Notes: generated by a model not told the origin, from the sequence alone. A stretch of 64,000 bases of DNA from an uncultured Nitrospiraceae bacterium (GCA_963705105.1 CAVPIW010000008.1:1-64000); one strand, 5' to 3'. Positions 32,098-43,227 are shown, counted from the stretch's first letter. Numbers and translations are program-made.

Positions 32098-32115
32098 GGC
32101 AGAAGGAGGCGCACC

Positions 32116-32388
32116 GTGTTCACCCTCATCATCGTCATTCTCATTATCGCCTTTGTCACCATTTTTTCCGTGCAGAACGCGACGCCTGTGGCCATATCGC
32201 TGATTACGTGGAAATTCGAGGCCTCCCTTGCGGTGGTCGTTTTTCTGTCCGTCCTCGCCGGCGTTCTCATCGGTTCGATCATCACCTCCGTCATGGTCGC
32301 GAAACGCACCCGGAGAAAGAAACTCAAGGCCCTTCAGTCAAAGCCTCCGCCGCCCGAGAAGCCCGAGGCGCCTACCCTGAGCAACTGA
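32116..32388 (+). CDS. LapA/DUF1049-like small membrane protein
   Basis: FSVQNATPV motif, two TMs, basic tail; AGGAGG RBS. Confidence 0.8.
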   Translation: MFTLIIVILIIAFVTIFSVQNATPVAISLITWKFEASLAVVVFLSVLAGVLIGSIITSVMVAKRTRRKKLKALQSKPPPPEKPEAPTLSN

Positions 32389-32469
32389 GCGGACGATCAT
32401 GTCAGGGCGAGGCTTCTATCGGGGAACGTCCAATTCTGGAAGTTCTCTGATGAAGTCCGCCCCGAGTCC

Positions 32470-32529
32470 ATCATCCCGGCTTGCCCGGGATCCTTCTTGA
32501 AGAGAGATTCCCGACAGGCGGGAATGACA
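32470..32529 (-). repeat. Double-hairpin repeat (same family as 59469 and 17885)
   Basis: TCATCCCGGCTTGCCCGGGATCC...GATTCCCGACAGGCGGGAATGACA. Confidence 0.85.
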
Positions 32530-32682
32530 TGGACGTAGTGGCTTTACCTTTGCATACGCCGGACCGGAAGGGTAGGGTAAAGAAAGCACGTATCTGGCAA
32601 TAAATTGTCACCCATTGGTATAATCATTGAATTCAGTCAGTTGATCTTCTTCAATAATGTTCGAAGTGCAAGGAGGGAATCG

Positions 32683-33378
32683 ATGGCACGGAAGGTGGGA
32701 ATCTGGTTCACAGGATTTTGTTTCATCATGGTATGCGTCTTCTCCGGGTTTTTCGGCAGCGGCGGGACTGCATGGGCCGATGTTTACCAGGACATATCGA
32801 AAGACCTGGGAAACGACAACTGGAAAATCAGGTTTGCAGCGGTCCAGAAGCTGGGTACCATGCGGGACGACACGAGGACCGTCGACATGCTTATGAAGGT
32901 GGCGGACGACAAGGTCGAGTACTGGCCCGTCAAGATCGAGGCGATAAAAATCCTCGGCGAGATCGGCAACCCGAAGTCCGTCGATGTCATCCTCAGTGTG
33001 TACAACGACACATTCCTCAACAATGAGTGCCCCTCGATCAAGTCTTTTGCTGCGGCTGCCCTCGGCGGCTTCAAGAGCGAGCGAAGGGTTATCGAAGCCC
33101 TCATCGAGGGGATCAACGATCCGGAGGTTCTCACGAGGGAAGCCGCGATACAGTCTCTGGGCAAGCTGAAGGACCCGAGGGCCGTCCCCCCCCTGATCAG
33201 TGCCCTGAACGACCGGAACTATACGGTCAGGCTGAATGCGATCATCTCTCTCGGCAAGATCCAGGATCCCCAGGCGATCCCCCATCTCCGGAAGATCTCG
33301 ACGGTCGAGGAAGACCAGGTCCTGAAGGACACGGCCCTCCTGGCATTAAGGAGCTTTCCCTCCGAAAAGGATCGCTGA
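32683..33378 (+). CDS. Exported HEAT-repeat protein
   Basis: Signal peptide; repeats such as REAAIQSLGKLKDPRAVPPLISALND. Confidence 0.85.
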   Translation: MARKVGIWFTGFCFIMVCVFSGFFGSGGTAWADVYQDISKDLGNDNWKIRFAAVQKLGTMRDDTRTVDMLMKVADDKVEYWPVKIEAIKILGEIGNPKSVDVILSVYNDTFLNNECPSIKSFAAAALGGFKSERRVIEALIEGINDPEVLTREAAIQSLGKLKDPRAVPPLISALNDRNYTVRLNAIISLGKIQDPQAIPHLRKISTVEEDQVLKDTALLALRSFPSEKDR

Positions 33379-33608
33379 TCCCGAATACCGGGTGGTCAGC
33401 ATAGAGCGACGGATTACGCAGGGCCGTTCTCCGCGTGCAGTCGGGCATGCCGGAGACGGCCTTTTTCCATCCCTGAAACAAATCCAACCGCGGCGATTGC
33501 CGGAATCTGCAGAGCGGAATAGAGAGCCCCATGACGGCGAGGGGACGCTTGATGACGGCGCCCTCTGATCGTTTTGCCCTTGATACATCGCGTGATGGAG
33601 CCGGAGGC

Positions 33609-36305
33609 ATGATGGGCGAAGCTTCTGAAAAGGAAATCACTAAGTGGTATCAACTGTCAGCGAAGGAGGCGCTTGCCAAACTCGGCGCCGACGAGCACGG
33701 CCTAACCGAGGATGAGGCCCGTGAGCGCCTTCTCCGGTTCGGTCACAACAAACTCTTTGGCGAAGAGAGGATCAGCAGACTGAAGCTGGTCCTTCACCAG
33801 TTCACGAGTCCCCTCATTTACGTCCTTCTCATTGCCGCCGTCGTGACTTTCGTCCTTGGGGAGCGCATCGACACGGGGGTCATTCTCGCCGTCGTGGTCC
33901 TCAACGCGATCATCGGCTACACACAGGAATACAAGGCCGAGGAGAGCGTCCGGGCGCTCAAGAAAATGGTGGTGCCGAAGGCGCGGGCCCTGCGCGGGGG
34001 CAAAGAGAAAGAGATCAACAGCGAGGACCTCGTTCCCGGCGACATCGTGCTTCTGGCCTCAGGCGCGAAGGTGCCGGCTGACCTGCGCCTGATCAGGACC
34101 ATCGAGCTCAGGATCGACGAGGCGATGCTCACCGGCGAATCCGTTCCCGCCGAGAAAACACACGGGGCGCTGAAGCAGGAGAATCTCACGCCCGGTGATC
34201 AGAGAAACATCGCCTTCATGGGGACGGTCGTCGTTAACGGGAGGGCCACCGGCGTCGTCGTGGAAACGGGAACCCACACCGTGCTCGGCAGTATAGCACG
34301 AGAGGTGACGGAGATCGGCTTCGTCAAGGCGCCTCTCCAGGAGAAGATCCATCGCTTCGCGCAGACGATCGGCCTGATCGTCATGGGCGCTTCGGCTGCT
34401 CTCTTCGGCATCGGCATCCTCCTCGGGGAAAGTGTGAAGGACATGTTCATGACGGCTGTGGCCGCCGCTGTGGCGACGATTCCCGAGGGGCTGCCCATCG
34501 TCGTGACGATCGCCATGGCTGTTGGTGTAGCCCGCATGGCCAGGCAGAACGCTATCATCAGGAAGTTGCCGGCAGTCGAGACCCTGGGCAGCACCACCGT
34601 GATCGGGTCGGACAAGACGGGGACCCTCACGAAGAACGAGATGACGGTGAAGCTCGTCTATGACGGAACGGACACCTATGAAATAACAGGGAGCGGCTAT
34701 GAGCCGAAGGGGGAGATAGTGCATGACGGACTGCCTGTGGACAAACAGGCGGTGAAAGGACTCACTCCTCTATTCAGGATCGGACTTCTTTGCAATGAAT
34801 CAGCCCTTTATGAGGAAGAAGGCCAGTACAAGATCGACGGCGACCCGACGGAGGGTGCGCTCATCGTCTCGGCGAGGAAGGCCGGGATGAACACCGGGGA
34901 GGAAAAGGAGCACTATCCGCAGATCGGTATCATTCCCTTCGAGTCCGACAGGGGCTTCATGGCAACGCTTCACAGGCACCGGGGAAAAAAACTCATTTTC
35001 GTCAAAGGCGGCCCCGAGAAGATTCTGGATATGTGCGCATCCGCTCCTGACGGCGCGGAACTGGACAGGAAGGGCATCCTGCATGTGGCGTCCGCCTTCG
35101 CCGCCGAGGGACTGCGTGTCCTCGCCTTAGCCTTCAGGGAAGGGCCCGATGATATGGAGGACCTCACGCACCATGACGTGGAATCGGGTCTCGTCTTTGC
35201 GGGCCTGCAGGGGATGATCGACCCGCCGAGACCCGAGGTGATCGAGGCTGTCGCGGGATGCCAGAGTGCCGGCATCAGGGTGGTGATGATAACGGGCGAC
35301 CATGCGATCACAGCCCGGGCCATAGCGAAGAAGCTCGGCATTGTCGGGGAAGACGCGGAGGTCCTGACGGGAAAGGAGCTCGAGGGACTTGACGATGAGA
35401 CGCTGTTCAGGAGGGTGCGGGACGTTTCGGTGTACGCGCGCGTCTCCCCCCAGCACAAGCTGCGCATCGTGCAGCAGCTCAAGGAGCATGGGCACATCGT
35501 TGCGGTGACGGGAGACGGGGTGAACGACGCTCCGGCGCTCAAGGCGGCCCACATCGGCGTGGCCATGGGCAGGTCGGGGACGGACGTGGCGAAGGAGGCA
35601 TCGGACATGGTGCTTGCCGACGACAACTTCGCCAACATCTTCAACGCCGTGAAAGAGGGCAGGATCGTCTTCGACAACATCCGCAAGGTCACCTTCTTCC
35701 TCATCCCGACGGGTGTCGCCGCAATCGGTTCGATCATCATGACGATGATGCTGGGCATGCCCATACCCTTTGTGCCGGCCCAGCTCCTCTGGATCAACCT
35801 CGTGACGAACGGGCTGCAGGATGTGGCCCTGGCTTTTGAACCGGGAGAAAAGGGGGTCATAAAGAGGCGTCCGAGGGACCCGAAAGAGGGAATCATGAAC
35901 AGGCTCCTCATCGAGAGGACCATCCTTGTGGGGCTCGTCATCTCCATAGGCGTCGTGTTCAATTTCATGACGTCCGTCAATGCCGGGTCTTCCGTGGAGA
36001 AGGCGAGAACGGTCGCCGTGACGACGATGGTCCTCTTCCAGTTCTTCCAGGCCTGGAACTCACGATCGGAGCATCAGTCGATCTTCACCATAAATCCGCT
36101 GAGCAATCCATTCCTCTTTGTCAGCATGATCGCGGCATTCCTCGCACAGCTTGCCTTTGTCTATGTGCCGGCCCTCCAGTGGGTCTTCAGGACCGAGCCC
36201 ATCACCGCGGCTGACTGGATCAGGATTGTCGCCGTCTCCCTGAGCATCGTCCTTGTCGTCGAGATCGACAAGATGGTCCGGAGACGGAGGCGGGGTGCGT
36301 CATGA
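33609..36305 (+). CDS. Cation-transporting P-type ATPase (type II)
   Basis: TGES, IPEGLP, DKTGT, TGDH and GDGVNDAPAL; GGAGG RBS before 33609. Confidence 0.95.
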   Translation: MMGEASEKEITKWYQLSAKEALAKLGADEHGLTEDEARERLLRFGHNKLFGEERISRLKLVLHQFTSPLIYVLLIAAVVTFVLGERIDTGVILAVVVLNAIIGYTQEYKAEESVRALKKMVVPKARALRGGKEKEINSEDLVPGDIVLLASGAKVPADLRLIRTIELRIDEAMLTGESVPAEKTHGALKQENLTPGDQRNIAFMGTVVVNGRATGVVVETGTHTVLGSIAREVTEIGFVKAPLQEKIHRFAQTIGLIVMGASAALFGIGILLGESVKDMFMTAVAAAVATIPEGLPIVVTIAMAVGVARMARQNAIIRKLPAVETLGSTTVIGSDKTGTLTKNEMTVKLVYDGTDTYEITGSGYEPKGEIVHDGLPVDKQAVKGLTPLFRIGLLCNESALYEEEGQYKIDGDPTEGALIVSARKAGMNTGEEKEHYPQIGIIPFESDRGFMATLHRHRGKKLIFVKGGPEKILDMCASAPDGAELDRKGILHVASAFAAEGLRVLALAFREGPDDMEDLTHHDVESGLVFAGLQGMIDPPRPEVIEAVAGCQSAGIRVVMITGDHAITARAIAKKLGIVGEDAEVLTGKELEGLDDETLFRRVRDVSVYARVSPQHKLRIVQQLKEHGHIVAVTGDGVNDAPALKAAHIGVAMGRSGTDVAKEASDMVLADDNFANIFNAVKEGRIVFDNIRKVTFFLIPTGVAAIGSIIMTMMLGMPIPFVPAQLLWINLVTNGLQDVALAFEPGEKGVIKRRPRDPKEGIMNRLLIERTILVGLVISIGVVFNFMTSVNAGSSVEKARTVAVTTMVLFQFFQAWNSRSEHQSIFTINPLSNPFLFVSMIAAFLAQLAFVYVPALQWVFRTEPITAADWIRIVAVSLSIVLVVEIDKMVRRRRRGAS

Positions 36306-37360
36306 TAGACGGAGCGGCAACTCCGGTGGAATATCATAAGATCCTTGCGGGCAAGGGAAAGTATTACATTCTCGTCATCATGGTTCTTACGGGACTGATA
36401 ACGTATCTGCACCTGGCGGTGTTCCGGGAGCCCTTTACCTACGTTGTCCTGGAGGAGTTTTACTATATTCCGCTGCTGATCGGGGCGCTGAAGTTCGGTC
36501 TGAAAGGCGCTCTCGTCACGTACCTCTTTGTTTCGGCCGCTTACTTGCCGTTTTTTTTCGCACCATGGACGGAGACAATAGGCGCTTTTGCGGACAGGGC
36601 GCTGCACCTGCTGTCTTCGGGCCTGTTCAGCGCCCTCGCCGGCGTCCTCGTGGACAGGGAGGAGAGATATCGCAGGCAGTCGGAGAAGGATCGGCACCTC
36701 GCAAAGATCGGTCAGGTGGCCGCAATTATCGTGCACGACCTGAAAAGCCCCCTGATCTCCATTCTTGGATTCGGGAAAAGACTGCAGGAGGGAAAAGGGG
36801 ACATCCTGTCGGCAGCGGAAGCGATAACCGAGTCTGCACAGAACATGCAAAAAATCGTCAACAGCGTCCTCGATTTGTCGAAACCTCTCCAACTGGAAAT
36901 GACGCAGAAAGATCTCAGAGAGGCCGTAAGGCAGGCATCCGAGTCTTGCCATGCAAAGGCCGATGAGAAGGGGATAAAACTGTCAGTCGAGGTCCCTGAT
37001 GCGCCAGTAATCTCGATAATGGACCACGGCAATATTCGGAGAGCGCTGGTCAACCTCATCGACAACGCCGTCGACGCTTCAGCCAGGGGACAGGACGTCA
37101 TGATCAGCCTTGGGACGAAAAAGCGCGGCATCGCCGTTCTGATAAAGGACAACGGTGAAGGGATGGACCCCGAGACGGCTGACAACATCTTCATCCCGTT
37201 CTTTACGAGGAAGGCGGGCGGCACGGGTCTCGGCATGGCCATCGCCAAGAAGATCATCGAGGAGCATCAGGGACATATCCGCGTCGAGAGCCGTCGGGGA
37301 AAAGGGACCACGATAACAATCACTCTGCCTCGCGAAGCCGCCGTCGAAGAGACGGGATAG
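36302..37360 (+). CDS. Membrane sensor histidine kinase
   Basis: N-terminal TMs, VHDLKSP, NLIDNA, DNGEG and GTGLG. Confidence 0.92.
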   Translation: MIDGAATPVEYHKILAGKGKYYILVIMVLTGLITYLHLAVFREPFTYVVLEEFYYIPLLIGALKFGLKGALVTYLFVSAAYLPFFFAPWTETIGAFADRALHLLSSGLFSALAGVLVDREERYRRQSEKDRHLAKIGQVAAIIVHDLKSPLISILGFGKRLQEGKGDILSAAEAITESAQNMQKIVNSVLDLSKPLQLEMTQKDLREAVRQASESCHAKADEKGIKLSVEVPDAPVISIMDHGNIRRALVNLIDNAVDASARGQDVMISLGTKKRGIAVLIKDNGEGMDPETADNIFIPFFTRKAGGTGLGMAIAKKIIEEHQGHIRVESRRGKGTTITITLPREAAVEETG

Positions 37361-37443
37361 CTGTCGTCATCGTCGCGTCCGGCATGATGGGCTGACGGCT
37401 TGTGTCGGCGAACGTGAAAACGGGCAGAAACCGGAGGCATGCC

Positions 37444-38386
37444 ATGAACGGGACATTGTTTCAGGGAGCATGGAAAATCGGCTCGGTATTTGACATTCCC
37501 GTCAGGGTGCATGTCACATGGTTCATTGTTTTCGGCCTCATAACGTGGTCGTTATCGACCTATTATTTCCCCGAGGCGCCGCCCGAGTTGCCCCCCGCCG
37601 CCCACTGGGTGGAAGGCGCCGTCGCGGCTCTTCTCCTCTTTGCTTCCGTCGTCCTGCCCGAAATCGCCCATTCCGGTTTAATGGTTTCCATGGAACATAT
37701 TCTCTTGGGCGCTTTTGTTCTTGTTCTTCTCAGTGTCGTTGCGAGCAAGGCATTCCTCGGCGTGGGGATGCTCGCCGGCGCCAACGGCCAGGGCGGCATA
37801 CATTTCGACGACCCCTGCCTCACGCTGACCTTTGCGTTTGAACGTAATGTCATCCGGAGACATGAAAGGGGGCGCTGATGATGGCGTTTGAAAACATCTT
37901 CCAGCAGACCGCTTTGCTGCTCTTGGCGGCCTCGGCGGCGAGCGCACTGCTCCTGTGGCTGCTCCAGCCCCTGATTGTCGCATACATCCTTGTCGGCATT
38001 CTTACGGGACCTTCCGTGCTCGGCATTATCACCGTCTTTGAGAGAAGGGTTCACGAGCGGGAGGACGCCACGTTGCCGTGAGGAGCAAACAGGGGTTTCG
38101 CGTGTGCTACGGAGATGTGGAAGACCCCGAATGTCCGGCGGCCCTGCCGCTGAACCGGGCGCAGTTGATTGTCAGTACTATCCCGCAGCTTGACGTAAAC
38201 CTCGCGCTTCTCGAGGCGCTCAGGCAGCACGGCTATGAGGGCCGCAAAGTCCTGACGGCTCACTCGGAGTACGATGCCTCGAGATTGAAAGAGTCGGGCG
38301 CTGACATGATCCTGTCGCCTTTTATCGACGCAGCAAGAGAGGCTGCCGACACAATGGCCGCAGCAGTCCCGAAAGGAGATGGGTAG
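37444..38386 (+). pseudogene. Deletion scar with fragments of a site-2 (M50) protease, a CvrA-like K+/H+ antiporter and a Kef-like antiporter with TrkA-N domain
   Basis: IPVRVHVTWF...FASVVLPEIAHS; MEHILL...FLGVGMLAG...GGIHFDD; QPLIVAYILVGILTGPSVLG; YGDVEDPE...[13 protein letters not shown]. Confidence 0.75.
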
Positions 38387-38388
38387 GT

Positions 38389-40101
38389 ATGAAACGAAAA
38401 AATGGAGCGTTACGGTCTGTCGCCTATTTTTCCATGGAGATAGGCATTGACGAGAGGATTCACACGTACAGCGGCGGACTGGGAGTGCTGGCAGGAGACA
38501 CGATCCGCTCTGCGGCCGATCTCAAGGTGCCCATGGTCGCGGTCACTCTTCTGTACCGCAGGGGTTACTTCCGCCAGAAGCTCCTGGCGGACGGATGGCA
38601 GGAGGAACAACCCGATCCGTGGACAGCCGGGGAATTGCTTCACGAGGAGTCGGCCAGAGTATGGGTCACAGTGGAAGGACGGACCGTTCAGCTGCGGGCG
38701 TGGCGATACACCGTGAAAGGAGTCGATGGCTTTACGGTCCCGGTTTATTTCCTCGATGCCGACCTGCCGGAGAATATGGAATGGGACCGGGGCCTGACAC
38801 AGTCTCTGTACGCTGGGGACGATCACTACCGGTTGTCCCAGGAGATGATTCTGGGAGTGGGCGGTGTCAGGATGCTCCGCGCCCTGGGCCATGGGAACAT
38901 CAAAAGCTTTCACCTTAACGAAGGCCATGCCGCTCTCCTGACGCTGGAACTCCTGGACGAGGCGGCGCGAGCGGCCGGCCGGGCGTCGGTAACGGAGGAA
39001 GATTGCGAAGCGGTGCGAGAGAAATGCGTCTTCACGACCCACACCCCCGTGCCTGCCGGGCATGACAAGTTCCCCATCGGTCTGGCGCGACAGGTGATCG
39101 GTGAACGAAATGATTTTCTTGAACTGGAGGGTGTCCTATATGAGGGAAATAGCCTGAATATGACCCACCTTGCCCTCAATATGTGCCGTTATATCAACGG
39201 GGTGGCCCGAAAGCACGGGGAGGTCTCCCGGCTGATGTTCGCCGGCTATTCCATCGATGCCATCACCAATGGAGTCCATGCCGCGACCTGGGTTTCAAGG
39301 CCTTTCGCATCTCTTTTCGACCGGCATATTCCTCTCTGGCGGCGCGACAATTTCAGTCTTCGCTCTGCGTTGAGCATTCCCGGCAAAGAGATCTGGAATG
39401 CCCACATGCAGTGTAAGAAGATGCTGATTGACCTTGTCAAGCGGGAAACTGGCGTTGGCATGGATGAGAACGTCCTGACTATCGGATTCGCCAGGCGTGC
39501 CACGACGTACAAAAGGGGGGACCTGCTTTTCCGGGATATGGAGCGGCTTAGGAGGATATCAAATAACGTCGGTAAAGTCCAGGTGATCTTCGGCGGCAAG
39601 GCCCACCCCAGGGACCGCGACGGGAAGGAAGTGATCAAGAGGATATTCCATGCGATGCACGTCCTGCGGAATGATGTTCCCATCGCCTACCTTGAGAATT
39701 ACAATATGACGCTGGGTGCCATGATAACGTCCGGTGTCGACCTTTGGCTCAATACTCCGGAGCCCCCCATGGAGGCGTCGGGAACGAGCGGGATGAAGGC
39801 ATCCCTGAACGGTGTTCCCAATCTCAGCGTTCTGGATGGCTGGTGGATTGAAGGGCATATAGAAGACGTGACGGGATGGGCAATCGGGGAGATGGCTCCG
39901 GGGAAAGGAGTCGACCGGGATCATTCCCGGGATGCACCCGCCCTCTACGATAAACTGGGGAATGTCGTTCTTCCCCTCTTCTACAACAACAGGGAACGAT
40001 TCATCGACGTGATGATTAACGCAATCGCCATAAATGGATCGTTTTTCAATACTCACAGAATGATGCAGGAATATGTCCTCAACGCATACTTCGGCAGTTG
40101 A
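38389..40101 (+). CDS. glgP: Alpha-glucan phosphorylase
   Basis: [36 protein letters not shown] and [10 protein letters not shown]. Confidence 0.95.
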   Translation: MKRKNGALRSVAYFSMEIGIDERIHTYSGGLGVLAGDTIRSAADLKVPMVAVTLLYRRGYFRQKLLADGWQEEQPDPWTAGELLHEESARVWVTVEGRTVQLRAWRYTVKGVDGFTVPVYFLDADLPENMEWDRGLTQSLYAGDDHYRLSQEMILGVGGVRMLRALGHGNIKSFHLNEGHAALLTLELLDEAARAAGRASVTEEDCEAVREKCVFTTHTPVPAGHDKFPIGLARQVIGERNDFLELEGVLYEGNSLNMTHLALNMCRYINGVARKHGEVSRLMFAGYSIDAITNGVHAATWVSRPFASLFDRHIPLWRRDNFSLRSALSIPGKEIWNAHMQCKKMLIDLVKRETGVGMDENVLTIGFARRATTYKRGDLLFRDMERLRRISNNVGKVQVIFGGKAHPRDRDGKEVIKRIFHAMHVLRNDVPIAYLENYNMTLGAMITSGVDLWLNTPEPPMEASGTSGMKASLNGVPNLSVLDGWWIEGHIEDVTGWAIGEMAPGKGVDRDHSRDAPALYDKLGNVVLPLFYNNRERFIDVMINAIAINGSFFNTHRMMQEYVLNAYFGS

Positions 40102-40127
40102 GCCAATAAAGGGCAGGGAGGCTATTG

Positions 40128-40538
40128 ATGATGCTTGAATATATGAAACGATTCGAGAGGATCATAACGGCTTCACTCGTTGTCATGCTGGCGATTATCG
40201 TTTTTCTTGCAACGTTGGAACTCGGCTGGCTCATCGTGCAGGACATCATCAGTCCGCCGCTTTTTCTCCTCGAAATAGGGGAACTCCTGGATATCTTCGG
40301 CCTTTTTCTCCTTGTCCTGATCGGCATCGAGCTCCTTGAAACGATCAAGGCGTACCTGAAAGAGAGCGTGGTCCACGTCGAAGTCGTGTTTATCCTGGCC
40401 ATGATCGCCATCGCGAGAAAGGTGATCATCCTCGATATCAAGGATGTCGATGCCCTGACCCTGATCGGCATAGGAGTCATCATCATTGCTCTTTCGGTGG
40501 GATACTGGTTCGTTCGTCAAGCGCGCCCTCGGCAGTGA
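40128..40538 (+). CDS. PsiE-like membrane protein
   Basis: FLLVLIGIELLETI and AMIAIARKVII. Confidence 0.85.
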   Translation: MMLEYMKRFERIITASLVVMLAIIVFLATLELGWLIVQDIISPPLFLLEIGELLDIFGLFLLVLIGIELLETIKAYLKESVVHVEVVFILAMIAIARKVIILDIKDVDALTLIGIGVIIIALSVGYWFVRQARPRQ

Positions 40539-40551
40539 CGTCCGGCAATGA

Positions 40552-40767
40552 ACCTTGTAGTCGCATTGAAAGGGCGGGGCGAAGCGCCTCAAAGCCTTGC
40601 TGAAGGCGACGATGAGCCTCGTTATGCTTGTGCGTCAGGATCCCACCCTTTGTGTGATCGACCATCGGCTTGAAACGTGGCCGTCCGTACCGGTTATGGT
40701 GTCGCCGCAGCAAGGTTTTCGGCGCATACACCCCGCCTTTCCAGAGGTCCTATTGCAACGATAAGGT
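40552..40767 (-). repeat. Inverted-repeat element, copy E, both termini present
   Basis: ACCTTGTAGTCGCATTGAAAGGGCGGGGCG ... CACCCCGCCTTTCC...TTGCAACGATAAGGT. Confidence 0.9.
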
Positions 40768-40816
40768 AACCAAGGGGTAAGACCTGCACAGGCCGTATCG
40801 TTGGTGAGGAGGAAGA

Positions 40817-41128
40817 GTGAAGATCATAGAGGTGATCGCAGATAAAAGCACTTCCGGCGTCGTATCAGCGGTTGCGGAGAAGCACGAGACATATGATTTC
40901 CGTTTGGGGCACGAAGGGGAAAACGGCCGGCAGGTGATGCAGCTTCTCGTGCGCGATGACAGAGTGCAGGAAGCGATTGACGCCTTGCAGGGCGCCCTGG
41001 AGGGACAGCCGTCGGCGAGGATTCTCGTTGTTCCCCTGGATGTGGTGCTGCCGATGCCTCCCGAAGAAAAGCGCACCAAAGAAGAGGCTGCATCGGCCGC
41101 ACGGGAGAAACTCTATCTTGATATATGA
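40817..41128 (+). pseudogene. Truncated TIGR00341/DUF389-like gene, N-terminal soluble part only
   Basis: MKIIEVIAD...AREKLYLDI stops where the membrane domain would begin; flanked by repeat copies E and F. Confidence 0.6.
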
Positions 41129-41142
41129 TCTTTTAAAAAATA

Positions 41143-41269
41143 ATCCACCCCTTGTGTCATCGACCATTGGCTTGAAAGGTTGTCTTTTGTAAGGGTTACG
41201 GTGTCGCCGCAGCAAGGTTGTCGGCGCATACGCCCCGCCTTTCGCGGGAGTGTATTGCAACGATAAGGT
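41143..41269 (-). repeat. Inverted-repeat element, copy F, partial
   Basis: TCGACCATTGGCTTGAAAGGTTGTC...GGTGTCGCCGCAGCAAGG...CGCCCCGCCTTTC...TTGCAACGATAAGGT. Confidence 0.9.
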
Positions 41270-41307
41270 ATATTTAAATTAGAACTTTGAACATTTCAGG
41301 AGGCTGC

Positions 41308-41796
41308 ATGAGAGCAAAGGACCTGATGGTGCCTCTTGCAGAGACGCTGAAGCCGCAGGATACCCTGAAGGACGCGGCCCGCCTTTTAAGGACGGTCAGG
41401 AGAGGAGAAGAAACAATCGGCGTCAAAGCATTGCCTGTGACGGACGAAAAGGGACGTCTCGCCGGCATCCTTTCGATCGGTGACATCCTGAAGGCTGTCT
41501 ATCCGCCTTACATGTACTTCTCCTCTCTCGGTGACTTCGCCTGGGACGGCATGGTGGAAGCCATCGCCGCGCGCATGGCCGAGAGGAGGGTGGAGGAACT
41601 CATGACAAAGCCGGTTATCACGGTCAGCGAAAATGCGACCCTCATGGAATGCATCGACCAGATGCTCCGGAATGACGTCAAGAGGGTCCCCGTCCTGAAT
41701 GATGAAAAAAAGGTCGTCGGCATGCTGTACGAACGGGATGTCTTCTATGCCATCACGAAGGCCATGCTGTCCGAAAAGAACGAGGGGGAGAAATGA
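41308..41796 (+). CDS. CBS-domain protein
   Basis: AKDLM, LPVTDEKGRLAGIL, ELMTKPVITV and RVPVL; AGGAGG RBS. Confidence 0.9.
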   Translation: MRAKDLMVPLAETLKPQDTLKDAARLLRTVRRGEETIGVKALPVTDEKGRLAGILSIGDILKAVYPPYMYFSSLGDFAWDGMVEAIAARMAERRVEELMTKPVITVSENATLMECIDQMLRNDVKRVPVLNDEKKVVGMLYERDVFYAITKAMLSEKNEGEK

Positions 41797-43163
41797 CGCA
41801 GGAATCCGCACAGGCAGCACGGTCTTTCGTCATGGATGCGACCTTCTGGACGGCGACGGCCATTTTTGTCCTGGGATATGTGCTCATCGTGTCCGAGAAG
41901 GTGCACAAGACCGTAGTCGCCGTCGCCGGCGCTGCTCTCGTCCTTGTGCTGGGGATCCTCGATCAGCACGAGGCGTTCCATGTCGAAGAACTCGGCGTCG
42001 ACTGGAACGTCATCTTTCTCCTCATCTCGATGATGATCATCATCAATCTCATGCGTCCCACAGGCGTTTTCGAGTACATAGCCATCAGGAGCGCAAAATG
42101 GGGAAAGGGCGAGCCCTTCAGGATCCTGGCGATCTTCGCTGTCGTGACGGCAGTGCTCAGCGCGCTGCTCGACAATGTCACGACGGTTTTGCTGATCACC
42201 CCCGTGACGATATTCATCGCCGACGCCCTGGAGGTCGACTCGACACCCTACCTCATCTCCTGCGCCCTGTCGTCGAATATCGGGGGCACCGCCACCCTCA
42301 TCGGCGACCCCCCCAATATCATGATCGCGTCGAAGGCGGATCTGACATTCATGGATTTCATCTATCACCTTGCGCCGCTCGTCGTCGTCGCCATGGTTTT
42401 TTACATCGCCCTCATCTGGCTTATCTGGGGAAAGAAACTGGTCACGACGGAGGAGCACAAGAAGAGGATACTGGCAATGGACGAAACGAAGGCCCTGAAG
42501 GACCCTTCGATGCTGATGAAGTCTCTTTCCGTTCTTGCGATCGTCCTTGCCGGTTTCGTCCTTCACGGTGTCCTCCACCTGCAGCCCGCCACGATCGCGC
42601 TCTTCGGAGCGGGACTTCTCCTGCTGCTCCTGCGGGTCGAAGAGCCCCATCATGTCCTGGCCGAAGTGGAATGGCCCACGATCTTCTTCTTCATCGGCCT
42701 TTTCATCATCGTCGGCGCCGTCGTGAAGGTCGGCCTCATCCGGTGGCTGTCGGTGCAGATGCTCGACCTGACGGAGGGGAATTTCTTCGCCACTTCTATG
42801 GTGCTGCTCTGGTTTTCCGCCTTTGCCTCTGCTATAGTTGACAATATACCCTATGTCGCGACGATGAACCCCCTCATCGTCGACATGGCCGAGCAGCTCT
42901 GGCCGAATCTGACCGGAACGGCACGTCTTCACCATCCCGATCTCATGCCGCTCTGGTGGTCACTGGCGCTGGGGGCCTGCCTCGGCGGCAACGGGTCCGC
43001 CATCGGCGCCTCGGCAAACGTCATCGTCGTGGGCATGTCGGAAAAGGCGGGAAGGAAAATATCCTTCCTGAAGTTCATGGCGTACGGCATGCCCGTCATG
43101 ATACTGACGGTGCTCCTTTCAACGGTCTATGTCTGGCTCCGGTACTACGTCATTGCAGTGTAA
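41793..43163 (+). CDS. ArsB/NhaD-family permease
   Basis: SALLDNVTT, GGTATLIGDPPNIMI, SAIVDNIPY and LGGNGSAIGASAN. Confidence 0.9.
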   Translation: MTQESAQAARSFVMDATFWTATAIFVLGYVLIVSEKVHKTVVAVAGAALVLVLGILDQHEAFHVEELGVDWNVIFLLISMMIIINLMRPTGVFEYIAIRSAKWGKGEPFRILAIFAVVTAVLSALLDNVTTVLLITPVTIFIADALEVDSTPYLISCALSSNIGGTATLIGDPPNIMIASKADLTFMDFIYHLAPLVVVAMVFYIALIWLIWGKKLVTTEEHKKRILAMDETKALKDPSMLMKSLSVLAIVLAGFVLHGVLHLQPATIALFGAGLLLLLLRVEEPHHVLAEVEWPTIFFFIGLFIIVGAVVKVGLIRWLSVQMLDLTEGNFFATSMVLLWFSAFASAIVDNIPYVATMNPLIVDMAEQLWPNLTGTARLHHPDLMPLWWSLALGACLGGNGSAIGASANVIVVGMSEKAGRKISFLKFMAYGMPVMILTVLLSTVYVWLRYYVIAV

Positions 43164-43227
43164 ACCTTATCGTTGCATACGCCCCCGGAAAGGCGTTTCG
43201 CCCCGCTTTTCTATGCAAGGTAAAGTT
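43164..43227 (+). repeat. Minimal collapsed copy G of the inverted-repeat element
   Basis: ACCTTATCGTTGCATACGCCCCCGGAAAGGCG joined directly to TTTCGCCCCGCTTTTCTATGCAAG. Confidence 0.85.
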
